From the NCBI RefSeq assembly GCF_009914755.1, contig NC_060938.1: 64,000 bases of DNA; one strand, 5' to 3'. This document shows positions 13,809-30,377 of this stretch, piece after piece. The position numbers and the translations under genes are program-made. Every line of letters begins with the position of its first letter. The stretch's first letter is position 1. This stretch comes from the human T2T-CHM13v2.0 reference genome, Homo sapiens. Below the pieces are notes generated by a model. The model was not told where the DNA came from and made no database searches. It was given only the letters and a program-made list of their open reading frames with translations.

Positions 13809-14223
13809 ATAAGAAGAAAGAGAAAGAGAGAGAGAGAAGAGAGATAAGAAGACAGAAAGAGAGAAAGAAAGAAAAAGAAAGAAGAAGAAAGAAAGAAGAA
13901 AGAAAAAAGAAAGAAAGAGAAAGAAAAAGAAAAGGGAAGGGGAGGGAAGGGGAAGGGAATGGGGAAAGGGAAGAGAGAAATAAAAGAAAAGAGAGAAAGA
14001 AAGAAAGCAAAAGAAGAAAGAAAAAGAAAGAATGAAAGAAAAAGAAAAGAAAGAAGAAAGAAAGAAGGAAAGAGGAAAGAAAGAAAGAGAGAGAGAAAGA
14101 AAGAAAGAAAGAAAAAGAAAAGAAAGAAAGAAACAGAAAGAAAGGAAAGAGGAAAGAAAGAAGAAAGAGAAGGGAGGGAGGGAGGGAGGAAGGAAGGAAG
14201 GAAGGATGGAAGGAAGGAAAGGG
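13809..14223 (+). repeat. ~410-bp GA-rich low-complexity tract (GAAA/GGAA/GA units)
   Basis: Almost pure purine run; source of the K/R/E-rich and F/L/S-rich pseudo-ORFs. Confidence 0.98.
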
Positions 14224-14659
14224 CAAGCCCCTGTTTCCCAGTCTCTGTGGGAGGGTGGGAGGCTAACTTTCATAAGCACAATAAACAAACGTAGATAACC
14301 TAATCATACTGAGCAACCTCTTGTCTCCCCATATTCTCAAGTACTCTCCCACTAGTTCACTCCAGCACTTAGAAATTCTCCTGCCTTTTGTTTCAGCAGA
14401 TTTGAGTTCAATCTCTCCACTCTAGTAGTCTTGATCTATATTGCAATAGTCTTGCCTATTTAACTCCATTTAGTGCAGTTTTTCTTTGACACAGATTAAG
14501 ATACACATTTTCCAAAAGAAATCTGAGAAAGCATACTATAGCTGAAAAATCCCTCATCTACAAGAATAAATGGATGCTATGGGTTGTATAAAATTAATTA
14601 TAAAATGATTTGAAGATAGCTGCACCATGACTCTTGTTAAGCCTCACTTATAATGTCTG

Positions 14660-14875
14660 AAACTAGACCAGACTGGAGAGAGTGGCAACAGGCATTGTGG
14701 AGAGAGAGGAGGGCTGGAATACAAAGGTGTTTGTGCAAATTTTAGAGGGTGATACACACTATCTTGACCATGGTGATGATTTCACAATTGTAGACATATG
14801 TCACACTTCATCAAATTGTACACTTTAAATAAGAGCAATTTATTGTACATTGAGAACATAAAATTAAAAAAATAG
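14660..14875 (+). mobile_element. L1MC/L1MD-like 3' end
   Basis: atcttgaccatggtgatgatttcacaattgtagacatatgtcacacttcatcaaattgtacactttaaata. Confidence 0.75.
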
Positions 14876-15404
14876 AATGAGAAAGAAAATAAGAAAGTGC
14901 ATAGCTTCAAAGAGACAGAATCACCATGTCAGCTAATCTGGCACTAACATAAGCAGGAAAATAACTAATTGGTTTATGTGTTTGTTTACTTTTGTTCTCC
15001 TCATTGTTGCTTTTAGAACTACATAGCTGAAGAAAGTAGAAAGAATAGTTTAGAGAGTGAGGAAAATAGGGTTGCATTGGGTCAAAGAAGATGATGACAT
15101 TTTAGAACTAAGGGAGGGAAGAGAGAAGTGTGAAAAGGAATTTTGATGAAAGTTTACTAAATTTGGAAACTACAGAATTAATGCAAATGGTGAGGGAGAA
15201 ATCTGAGCTCTAAGTGTTAGGAAAGCCATTCTTGAAATCAGAAAAACCTTGAATGTGCATTCTTATTGATTTAATAGACATGTAATCTTCAGTCCATTTT
15301 TCCTTCTAATCTTCAGTTTCCTACATTATAAAATGATAACTAGCTTTCCAAATTCATAAGACATGTAGAAGAAAAAAATTATGTTTATATGTATATATGT
15401 ACTG

Positions 15405-15574
15405 TTATTTTATACAAGACACTGTTATAGAGAGTTTATACATATAGAGTTTATATAGTTTATATATCTATAAACCCTTTAACTGTTATATAAAAACAGT
15501 TTTTATATGTAACAGTATAAATATGTTTAGAGCTTACATAGATAAACTCTATAACTGTGTCTTATATAAAATAA
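15405..15574. repeat. AT-rich quasi-palindrome
   Basis: Outer arms ttattttatacaagacactgttatagag / ctctataactgtgtcttatataaaataa (26/28 complementary) plus an inner actgttatataaaaac/gtttttatatgtaacagt pair. Confidence 0.85.
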
Positions 15575-16457
15575 GTGTGCAAATGTAGGATTAGTTTTAT
15601 TATAATCCTCTGTTTTCCCCACTTCTTAAAATCAATCAGAGTATTTTCACCATTGTTTTTATTTATGGCTTTGTAACTGGTTGTTTATGTTCATAAACTG
15701 CTTTTATAATGATATAAATACAAATAAAAATATGACTATGAATACATAAAAGGAATGACTTTAAATTATGAAAAACAATTGACATTTAAAGCTTATAAAA
15801 GTCCTTTTGTATATTTTAGGAGAAAATATTTTGGATTAAAATATGCTTTAATCTCTCTTTTTTCATAACTCACAGCAAAAGCATATTTTCAGGCAATAGC
15901 ATCTTGTAAAGTAATTTTATTTTTCTTAGAGATATTTAATGTTTTCATTAATGTCTTCTGAACAAAAATAAGTTTTGAAGTGGTAAAATTATAAATGTAT
16001 CTTTTTGCACATATTTGGCACCTCAGACAATTGTTTCAGTGCTGCCAACAAAGTCACCTAGTATTTTGAAAGGAAGGTGACTTCTTTGTATGGCATTTTT
16101 TATTTTCAGTCATTGTACCACAGTTTTGCCATTACAAAAGTCACTTTCATCTTGACTCGTATAAAGATCCTAACTGTGCACAAGTTTCGTATTCATCAGT
16201 ATTATTTCCTTACTATTTCATCTTTTAAATAATAAAAATTCAGAATCACAATCAGTAACTTAAAGTTATATTTATTAATTCAGGAATAAATATTTTTGTT
16301 TGTATCAATTTATATGTTCAAGAGAGGGGCCTCACATTCAGGAAACACCCATTGTATAAAGGAAAATAGTCTTTTTTGCATATGAAAGGAATAAATATTC
16401 AGTTCAGATGTAATTACACACAGATCTATAAGGATAAATAATTGTTGTTTTAAGCTA

Positions 16458-17286
16458 CTTATAAATTATCTTTTCCCTATTCACAATGTTTCTTGACAGC
16501 TTTAAATTAAATTTGTGATCCATCTCTAGTACATAAATAGAACTTTATGATATGACTTTATGATATGCATTGACTAAACTCATTTTTGTTGTCATCTTGC
16601 TTTCCTATATTGCCTCTCACTTTGTTTTTATCACTGAATTTTGTTCACTGAACTTTATCACTGATCATTTTGGGGTTTTTTAAATAATATTTTTGTGGCA
16701 ATGGCTAACTGATACATACTCTAGAATGTAAGCTTGCTTGAGTCTCCAAAGCTAAACATACTTCTTTTAAATGTCAGTATTCATGTTTGTAGTTACAGGG
16801 AGGAACTTAGGAGTTGGCTTGCCCGAGACTGGATTCTAGATCTACTCTTTACTCTGTGGGCTTTGAATAAGTTAAATAAAATATATGTTTCAATTGTTTC
16901 ATCCATAAAATTGTACTAATAGAATGGTATTCATAGAACTTCTGTGATGATTAAATTGAAAAATAGACAAAATATTTGTATATCTGGCACCTGTGTTACC
17001 TGTCATTATCATTTATTCAATCTTTATTACACATCACTATAATTTTGCCTATTTATGTAACATTATTAAACATTATGTAAAATATACTTACGTAACACAA
17101 CAAAATTCAGTGATGAAAACGAAGTGAGAGGCAATATAGGAAAGCAAGATGACGACAAAAATGAGTTTAGTAAATTCATATCATAAAGTCATATCATAAA
17201 GTCCTATTTGCGAACTAGAGATTGATCACAAATTTAATTTTAAGCTGTCAAGAAACATTGCGAATAAGGAAAAGATAATCTATAAG
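16458..17286. repeat. 188-bp inverted duplication (arms 16458-16645 and 17099-17286, spacer 453 bp)
   Basis: Manual alignment of left-arm reverse complement to right arm: 14 mismatches in 188 bp, no indels. Confidence 0.97.
16795..16995 (+). mobile_element. MIR in the spacer of the inverted repeat
   Basis: ctgtgggctttgaataagttaaat...gtttcatccataaaattgtactaatag...tgtgatgattaaattga. Confidence 0.6.
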
Positions 17287-18994
17287 ATCACATACCAATC
17301 AGGTAAAAGAAACATGTTACTTAGAATGACAATTATCTTAATAATAAAACTAGTGACATTTCTCTCAAAGATTTTCATAGGAAAGTGTGGTTTCTGAATC
17401 CTGGCATATGGTCCTTGACTTCGAAGATACCACAGAACAAAATTTAAAATACCATGAATCCAAAATATTTTATTTATTAAGTGTTACACTTGAACACAGA
17501 TCAAACAAATCCATCATGACAAACAGATACACCGTCTCAATACTATTTGCAATATATTTTGAAATTATAGTCTTATTAAAAACAAAATTTTAAAATAATA
17601 AATTTTATTCACCATATTAAGTATCTATTTTTCATGAATTGTTTATAAATATTATTGAAGACTAGGCTTTAATCATATGGAACCACATGAAAATAATTTA
17701 ACTTGCATCAACTCTTATCAAATAATTCTATAACAGGAAGAGATTTTAGAACCCATAATTTAGTTAGGGCTTCAGATCAACTCTAAACACACATAGAAAA
17801 AAGTCTCTACTTTGAGGACTTTTAAAAAAGTAATGAACTTTACATAATATGAAGCATTCTTCATTTTAAGAACAAATTTTATAGATATATGGGATTGATG
17901 TAAACATGTGCTAGCGTGTTTATGAAAGGGAAGTTGTAAATGTTTTGTATGTTTTTAATGAACGTAATTTACTCAAATAAATATCACTGACAACTTTTTT
18001 TAAATTTCCAATTTTCTTATATCTATTTAATCTGGAAGTAACGGATTGTCTATAAAACTGTTAAAAGTTATTTTAATTAAGAACTTTCTGAAATAAGAAA
18101 AATAAAACATTTAAAGCTCTTATTAGAATAAATAAAATAATGTTTTCTCCGCATGTTAAAAAAGAAAAGAATTTGTCTTGTTGCTGTGTAAAATTCTGAT
18201 TTTATTCTGCCTCTTCATGAAGCTATTAGATAGTGTGAAAAAGGGTTCTTTATTAGCAGTGTCATGTTTGAGGAAGACAGTATTGTGGCCAGAAAGTGAC
18301 CACTTGGGTAATTCAAATGGATTCTATAGCTTCCATATATTTTAATTCATTATGATTAAACATACCACAAAATGTCTCAATTTGATAAATTATACAGAAA
18401 TAACATTTATATATATCATTACAGTTAATCTTTGGTTTTACCCCTCACAATATTCATTTTTTGATTCTTAAATGAATAGCTTTACTTTCTTATTTTACTG
18501 GTAAGCCTACAAAATAAGGTTTTTGTAATTAATCATTTTATTTCAATATTGTATATGTGTTATAAAATGCAATTAAGTATTTTTTATACAAGTAAATTAG
18601 TAATATCCTGAAAATTAGCATGAGTTCTATTGAGTTATTCTTAGTAATAACCTAGTTATAAAGTTGCTTCATAATATACAAAGCACTACACAAATAAAAA
18701 TATTATAATGGAAATTTTTGCAGGGTAATTAATAATAAAGTATTATTACAACCCATTTGCAAATAATTAAAAATACCTTCATTATACCTGTAATAAAAAC
18801 TCATTCTAATGAAGTGAACTAAATAATACATGATTTAAATATAAAATAGTGTTTATTGGGATAAATTTCTTCACTGTTTTATTTACTTTACGGGAACTTC
18901 ACTTTTCTTAAATAATTTGAGCTTATGTGTAAGTTAAACATAATTAATTATAGTATATTATGTATAATTAATTATAGTGTAATTAATAATACAA

Positions 18995-19323
18995 ATAACA
19001 GAGCTGCTGGATATTTTCCATTTTCCATAGTGCCTTTATACCTACTATCTGTCCTTCATTCTGCTCTCTGTAGGCAGACTTGCATAGGCTTTTTCAAAGC
19101 ATTCACTCCTCCTTGTGTTTTGATTGGGTGTGGGGAACAAAGGATTGGAGTATCAGAGATGGAAGGAGAATCTGGTTAGGTAGTGAACCTAGGAAAAGTA
19201 CATGCTTCCCACTTGTTGGTTTCCCTAAATTCTGTCCACACCTTGGTAAGCAACTTTTAACATTATCTTCAGTTAAGCAGTTTGAGCATGCTTCTTTCTC
19301 CTGCTGGGACCTCAATGGCTACA
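18995..19323 (-). mobile_element. Old ERVL LTR (LTR33-like)
   Basis: ccttcattctgctctctgtaggcagacttgcatagg...tttgagcatgcttctttctcctgctgggacctcaatggctaca. Confidence 0.6.
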
Positions 19324-19464
19324 GAGATCATCAACATTATCAAAGGAAATAGATACTAGTAAGTCTCACTGAGTTAATTACTATACTTTACAAACATAAA
19401 TGCCTGTAAATCAATTAACTGAACAGATAAAATGGGATATGTGATATAATTTGCTTTATTTCTA

Positions 19465-22203
19465 ATTATTATTATACTTTAAGCTCTGGGATACATGTGC
19501 AAAACATGCAGGTTTGTTACATAGGTATACACGTGCCATGGTGGTTTGCTGCACCCATCAACCCGTCATCTACATTAGGTATTTCTTCTAATGCTATCCT
19601 TCCCCTTACCCCCTACCCCCCCGACAGGCCCTGGTGTGTGATGTGTCCCTCCCTGTGTCCATGTGTTCTCATTGTTCAGCTCCCACTTATGAGTGAGAAT
19701 GTGCAGTATTTGGTTTTCTGTTCCTGTGTTAGTTTGCTGAGAATGATGGTTTCTAGCTTCATCCAAGTGCCTGCAAAGGACATGACCTCATCCTTTTTTT
19801 GGCTGCATAGTATTCCATGGTGTATATGTGCCACATTTTATTTATCCAGTCTATCATTGATGGGCGTTTGGGTTTGTTCCAAGTCTTTGCTATTGTGAAC
19901 AGTGCTGCCATAGACATACATTTGCATGTGCCTTTATAGGAGAATGTTTTATATTTCTCTGGGTATTATACCCAGTAATGGGATTGCTGGGTCAAATAGT
20001 ATTTCTGGTTCTAGATCCTTGAGAAATCGCCACAATGTCTTCCACAATGGTTGAATTAACATACACTCCCACCAACAGTGTAACAGCGTTCCTATTTCTC
20101 CACATCCTCTCCACCATCTGTTGTTTCCTGACATTTTAATGATCACCATTCTAACTGGCATGAGATGGTATCTCATTGTGGTTTTGATTTGCAGTTTTCT
20201 AATGACCAGTGATGATGAGCTTTTTTTCATATGTTTGTTAACTGCATAAATGTCTTCTTTTGAAAAGTGTCTGTTCATATCCTTCACCACTTTTTGATGC
20301 AGTTGTTTGGTTTTTTTCTTGTAGATTTGTTTAAGTTCCTTGTAGATTCTGGATATTAGCCATTTGTCAGATGGATAGATTGCAAAAATTTTCTACCATT
20401 CTGTAAGTTGCCTGTTCACTCTCACGATAGTTTCTTTTGCTGTGCAGAAGCTCTTTAGTTTAATTAGATCCCATTTGTCAATTTTGGCTTTTGTTGACCT
20501 TGCTTTTGGTGTTTCAGTCATGAGATTTTTGCCCATGTCTTTGTCCTGAATGGTATTGCCTAGGTTTTTTTCTAGGGTTTTTATAGTTTTAGGTCTTACA
20601 TTTAAGTGTTTAATCCATCTTGAGTTAATTTTTGTGTAAGGTCTAAGGAAGGGGTCCAGTTTCAGTTTTCTGCATATGGATAGCCAGTTTTCCCAACACC
20701 ATTTATTAAATAGGGAATTTTTTCCCCATTTCTTGCTTTTGTCAGATTTGTCAAAGATCAGATGGCTGTAGATGTGTGGTGTTATTTTTGAGGCCTCTGT
20801 TCTGTTCCATTGGTCTATTCTCTTTTGGTATCAGTACCATGCTGTTTTGGTTACTATAGCCTTGTAGTATAGTTTGAAGTCAGGTAGCATGATGTCTCCA
20901 GCTTTGTTCTTTTTGCTAGGACTGTCTGGGATATATGGGCTCTTTTTTGGTTCCATATGAAATTTAAAGTAGATTTTTCTAATTCTGTGAAGAAAGTTAA
21001 TGGTAGCTTAATGGGGATAGCATTGAATCTATAAATTACATTGGGCAGTATGACCATTTTCATGATATTGATTCTTCCAACCCATGAGCATGGAATGTTT
21101 TTCCATTTGTTTATGTCCTCTCTTATTTCCTTGAGCAGTGGTTTTAGTTCTCCTTGAAGAGGTCCTTCACATCCCTTGTAAGTTTTATTTCTAGGTATTT
21201 TATTCTATTTGTAGCAATTGTGAATGGGAATTCACTCATGATTCGGCTCTCTGTTTGTCTGTTATTGCTATATAGGAATGCTTGTGATTTTTGCCCGTTG
21301 ATTTTGTATCCTGAGACTTTGCTGAAGTTGATTATCAGCTTAAGGAGATTTGGGGCTGAGATGATGGGGTTTTCTAAATATACAATCGTGTCATCTGCAA
21401 ACAGGGACAATTTGACTTCCTCTCTTCCTATTTGAATACCCTTTATTTCTTTCTCTTGCCTGATTGCCCTGGCCAGAACTTCCAATACTATCTCGAATAG
21501 GAGTCATGAGAGAAGGAATCCTTGTCTATTGTGCCGGTTTTCAAAGGGAATGCTCCCTGCTTTTGCCCATACGGTATGATATTGGCTGTGGGTTTGTCAT
21601 GAATAGCTCTTATTATTTTGAGATATGTTCCATCAATACCTGGTTTATTGACAGTTTTTAGCATGAAGGGGTGTTGAATTTTATTGAAGGCCTTTTCTGC
21701 ATCTATTGACATAACCATGTGGCTTTTGTCATTGGTTCTGTTTACGTGATGGATTGCATTTATTGATTTGTTTATGTTGAACCAGCCTTGCATCAGGGAT
21801 GAAGCTGACTTGATTGTGCTGGAGAAGCTTTGTGATGTGCTTCTGGTATTGGATTGCCTGTATTTTATTGAGGATTTTCACATCTATGTTAATCTGACAG
21901 AAGTAGGCTTCAGAAGGTGGGTAATAACAAACTCCTCCAAGCTATAGGAGCAAGTTCTAACCCAATGCAAGGAAACTAAGAACTTTGAAAAAAGGTTAGA
22001 CAAATTGCTAACTAGAATAACCAGTTTAGAGAAGAACATAAATTACCTGATGGAGCGGAAAAACACAGCACGAGAGCTTCATAAAGCATACACGAGTATC
22101 AATAGCCAAATCAATCAAGCAGAAGAAAGAATATCAGAGATTGAAGATCAACTTAATGAAATAAAGTGTGGAAAAAAGATTAGAGAAAAAAGAATGAAAA
22201 GGA
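19465..22203 (-). mobile_element. L1PA7/8-like element A: 3' part on - (19465-21894) joined to an inverted ORF1 piece on + (21895-22203)
   Basis: Antisense 3'UTR/ORF2 (ORFs 19949-21793, including SLFADD) ends at aggattttcacatctatgttaatc and abuts sense ORF1 tgacagaagtaggcttcagaagg...LTRITSLEKNIN...EKRMK. Confidence 0.92.
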
Positions 22204-26203
<4,000 letters not shown>

Positions 26204-26332
26204 GTATTAGAGTGCTCCAAAACACAGGCCTGGCTTGATGACAGAGATTGCTGGTCCATTCTACTTTTAAAATATTCTAATTGTAATAAAGTTTTTTTTG
26301 CCATATTTGCCATATTGCCAACATAATATGTT

Positions 26333-26725
26333 TTATTAGTCCACTTAGTTTGCCATAACAAAATACCATATATTGGGTGTCTTAACCAACAGACATTTAT
26401 TTTCTCAGAATTCTGGAGGCTAAAAGTTCATGATCGAGGTTAAGGTAAATTCAGATTCTGCTGAAGGCTCTCTTCCTGGCTTTCAAACATCTGCTTACTC
26501 ATTTTGTCCTCACGTGGCCTTTCCTCAGTGCATAGTCAGTGAAAGAGCACTCTGGTGTCTCTTCCTCTTCTTACACAGACAACAGTCCTACTGGTTACGA
26601 ATCCCATGCTTATAACCTTATTTAAACTTAATGATTGCCCTAAAAGCCCTATATCTAATATAATTCCATTGGAAGTTAGGAAATCAATATGTAAATGTTG
26701 GGAAAACAAAATGCAGTCTCTAACA
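26333..26725 (-). mobile_element. MLT1A-like MaLR LTR
   Basis: tgccataacaaaataccat...catttattttctcagaattctggaggctaaaag...aatgcagtctctaaca. Confidence 0.85.
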
Positions 26726-27031
26726 TCTGTCTTCTATATTTCCTAAACATAGTTCCTGGAACCACACAAAGTAAGTTAAATGTCTTATTTAATAACAATC
26801 TTTTAAAAATAGATGTCATGATATTCTCCAATCCACCCATCACCAGTCTAGTTCTTGCTGAAATATCTCTAGTTACTTCAATTGTGCCTTTTATTAAAAT
26901 ATCGGATTAAAATAATATACATATTTATTTTAAAAAATTTAGATTAAGGTAAGCTTTTGCCAAAACTAGTTAAGTTATTCTTAATGAGAAAAAGCAACCC
27001 ACAAACTGTTTTCCTCCACTCTCCTGTGATT

Positions 27032-27653
27032 TGAGACACCAAAACAAATGCCCCTTTATTAACTAAGAAACACCCTAAGGTTAAGGAAACAAAATTACCT
27101 ATGGGTCTAAGGTTCAGGTCCTGGCTGGCATGGCACATTTCCAAATTTCTGTGGCTAAACTTTCCAACAACAGGAGCTATCAGCTCTCATTTACAACCCA
27201 GACCATTAGAACTCTGATTGAACAACTGACCTACCTTACAAGGATGCCCTTCTGATAAGCCATTGCAGCCAGTTTTAGCCAAATTACAGAGACTGCACAA
27301 AAACCTTCTTTGTGTCCTTTAGTCCACCTTCTGACATAGTAAATGTTGCCTCATTTTAATTATAAAACCCCACCTGAAAGTGAACATGAGATGTATGTTA
27401 CACATATGTTTATCTATTATTGTATGGGCTCAGCTTCCCTCATAAATATGTATAGCTTTTTCCCTAAATATGTTGAATATGTATGACATAGGCCTTGTGA
27501 GGCATAAAACCCAACCTATCCCTCCTGTCTTCGAAGAGAGAACACCTCCCCTCTGGTCCATACAGCGAAACCATCTCTCCCCAGTTTGCAAACCTTTATT
27601 TCCAATAAAGATCTGCTTTCTATTCGGCCAGTCTGTTTGTCTTTTGGATGACA
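27032..27653 (+). mobile_element. MER34/MER39-like ERV1 solo LTR nested in MER21
   Basis: ccctaaggttaaggaaacaaaattacc...gaaagtgaacatgagatgtatg...ggcataaaacccaacc...ccaataaag...ttggatgaca. Confidence 0.75.
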
Positions 27654-27672
27654 CACAATTAACACAGAAGAT

Positions 27673-27785
27673 TGGCCACGTCTGGTGGCTCATGTCTGTA
27701 ATCCCAATGCTTTGGGAGGTCAAGGCAGGAGGATTGCTTGAGGCTAGGAGTTTGAGACCAGCCTTGGCAACATAGCAAGACCCTG

Positions 27786-27822
<37 letters not shown>

Positions 27823-27973
27823 CTTGTCTTGGTGGCATGTGCCTGTAGTACCAGCTTATTCAGGAGGCTGAGGCAAAAGGATCACTTGAGCCAGGAGTTC
27901 AAGGCTGCACTGACCATAATTGTATCACTGTACTCCAGCCTGGGCGACAGAGAGAGACCCCATCTCAAAAAAA
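27673..27973 (+). mobile_element. AluJ whose central A-rich linker is a (CA)n microsatellite
   Basis: Left arm ...gaccctgtct, (AC)16 at ~27789-27820, right arm ...gagaccccatctcaaaaaaa. Confidence 0.95.
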
Positions 27974-29584
27974 TCCCAGGGGATTTGTGAACAAATGTGT
28001 GAATGTTTTCCCACATACACTAAGAAATCAGTTCTGCAGTGGATAGCAGCTGAATATCCTTCACTTCAATTCTGGCACTATCTATCTAGAGATAGTGTCA
28101 GATCCCACAGGTTAAAGGCTCAGTCCTACAATACTATTCCCACTTCCAATGCCAATCACAATCCCCATGTTATTGTACCTGTTCTTCTGACCAACCAGCT
28201 ATTAATTGGGCTTCCCATAACACCCTCCTTGAGTTTGTTTAATTTGCTAAAGTGGCTCACAGAATCTACAAGAAACATTTAAATTTACTGGTTTATTGTG
28301 AAAGATACTACAAAGGATACAGATGAAGAGATACATAGGGCAAGAGATACATGTCACCCTCCAGGAAGCTCCACATGTTCAGCTATATGGAAGCTCTCTG
28401 AGCTCTGTCCCTTTGGGTTTTTATGGAGGCTTTATTACATAGGCATGAAACTATTGGCGATTGATAATAAACTTAACCCGTAACCCCTCTCCCCTCCACA
28501 AAGGTTGGGGATGGGCTGAAAGTTCCAACCTTTGATAATGCTTTGGTCTTTCCTGTGACCAGCCCACATCCAGAAGCTACCTTGGGGAGACCAGCCACCA
28601 GTCAACTCATTAATATACAGAAAAACACTTATTACTTTAGATTTTCCAAGGATTTTAGGAGTTGTATACCAGGAGACAGGGAAGAAGATCAAATGTGTAT
28701 TTCACAATATCACAGTTACCAATTGAAATAGATTGTCAGAAAAGAAAAAAATATGTTAATAAGTAATTTTAATGAAGCTGGAATGTGAGAAGTCATCACC
28801 TGAGAATTGTATATTTGCTCATATACCCATAATTTCTGTATCTGAATTTTAATTACATTAATAAAATAAGTAAGCAATGTTTAGTTGTCTGAAGTAGTTG
28901 AGAATGTAACATCTCTCATATTCAAAATCACAGTACAAGTATTTGGTATGTATGATAGATTGTGTAATTGTTCACAGTATTCACTGTTCCAACCCCTTCC
29001 CTCCAGTAAATCTTAGTTCCTCAGCTGGTTGATGTTAGGCTTGGCCAGGACTTGAGTTGTGCAATGAGATTTGAAGTCCTTTGAGTCAGCAGCTTGAAAT
29101 CATGGGTCTGGTCTTAACTGGTATTCTCTGTGTCATGAAGGAATTGTTTTTATCTCATTCCTCAATTTGGAAACTATAGAAAGCATTAATTGTTTCACAG
29201 CCACCACACTTCACAGGGAGAAAAAAAATCTTTTTATGTGACTTGAAATTTTTGTCACATAATTTTTATTTTACACTTATTAAGATAGTTTTTTTGAATG
29301 GACTTAGATATACATTTCTAATCATATATTTCTCTTGAGAGCTACTGCTTTCTGCTCATCTTTACAGCTTCTTATTTGCTTCCACTTACAAACACTGCAA
29401 GGAGAAAGGCAGCTCAGGGTACTGAACTCACCTGACTACACATCTCTTCTCCCTGAAATCTTGGCCCCTTAAGCTCCTAGACTGCCTTGGTGGCTCATTG
29501 TCACCTTCCGCAAAATTAGGGGAGGGAGCATTTATAGAATTTCTAGCAACTAGTGGTGAGAGAGTTAGTTTAATGTCAGCTAAA

Positions 29585-29751
29585 ACAGTGACCACTCTGA
29601 CCACATAATTTATTCTTTTAACAAGAAAATTTCTGAGAGTGAAAGGGGACACTATTTATAACACTGGACCACTGGACACTATTTATAACACTTACAACAA
29701 TAAGCATGAATTGTAACTGTCCCAGACAACCTGGGATATATGGTCACCCTA
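29585..29751. mobile_element. MER96-like non-autonomous hAT DNA transposon
   Basis: tgaccacataatttatt...tgagagtgaaaggggacactattt...actgtcccagacaacctgggatatatggtcacccta; internal 19-bp duplication ggacactatttataacact. Confidence 0.7.
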
Positions 29752-29824
29752 ATCATAGCTCCCTTTTGTACTACTATAAATGCATAAAACGTAGCGAGGG
29801 GAAAATCCTCCTTAAACTTACTGA

Positions 29825-30377
29825 TTTTCTGCACCAAATATACCCTTCTTTGCCCTCTTTTGTGATCCTGGAGCTGGATTCTGAAAACCTTTGTCCTCTG
29901 TCAGCTGACACCACTGTTAGGTCTTGTCAGTAGAAAGTGCTGGAAACACTGAAGGAAATTCTCTTCTTAGTTTCAGTACTTTCTACTGGCTCCTCAGCTG
30001 CCAGTGAGTGGCTTCCCAGTGAGATTTTGCTAGAATTCAGCAGGCAGTTTCCTGCTTGCCATTATTAGCCTGCTGCACCTCAGCAAACTTCCTTGTCATC
30101 CGGTGGTCTATGACCAGACCCACACCAATGGGTTCTTAATCTCAGCCTCGGTGGAGAGGGAGAGTTTATTCCTTCTTTGGTTCTCTATGACAGCCCTAGA
30201 GTTAGTGGCTGCTCCCTTTATATGTTACTGCTGAATTCTTCAGAGTTCCATTCATGCTTCTTAGCAATTTATCCTTGTTTACCAGTTAATTACCAGTTAA
30301 CAATTCTTTACATTGGATTTTCCCTGCTCAAATTACTGGTCTGGTTTCTGTTTCCTGACTGGATCCTGGCTGATACA
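29825..30377 (-). mobile_element. LTR41-like ERVL solo LTR
   Basis: cagccctagagttagtggctgctccc...ttttccctgctcaaattactggtctggtttctgtttcctgactggatcctggctgataca. Confidence 0.8.

Larger units (their letters stand above)
12755..14492 (+). mobile_element. MER4-group ERV1 solo LTR (MER67-like), split into ~12755-12986 and ~14224-14492
   Basis: gaatgtctttctcaaggacatggaagccatccctttgaaatgtaatcatcaag | gcccctgtttcccagtctctgtgggagggtgggaggctaac...gcagtttttctttgaca (LTR 3' CA end). Confidence 0.75.
26985..28714 (-). mobile_element. MER21-like LTR split by a second LTR and an Alu (pieces ~26985-27030, 27654-27672, 27976-28714)
   Basis: acccacaaactgttttcctcc | aacacagaaga | cagttctgcagtggatagcagctg...gatagtgtcagatcccacaggttaaaggctcagtcc...atttcacaatatcaca. 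Confidence 0.85.

Noticed and set aside
13741-14298. K/R/E-rich and F/L/S-rich ORFs up to 161 aa
   Set aside because: Translations of the GA-rich tract
16160-16225. Hammerhead-ribozyme-like core on the - strand (CUGAUGA-AUAC-GAAAC with nearby GUA/GUU)
   Set aside because: Only 4 nt where stem II must be, and no stem I pairing in either type I or type III topology; chance match
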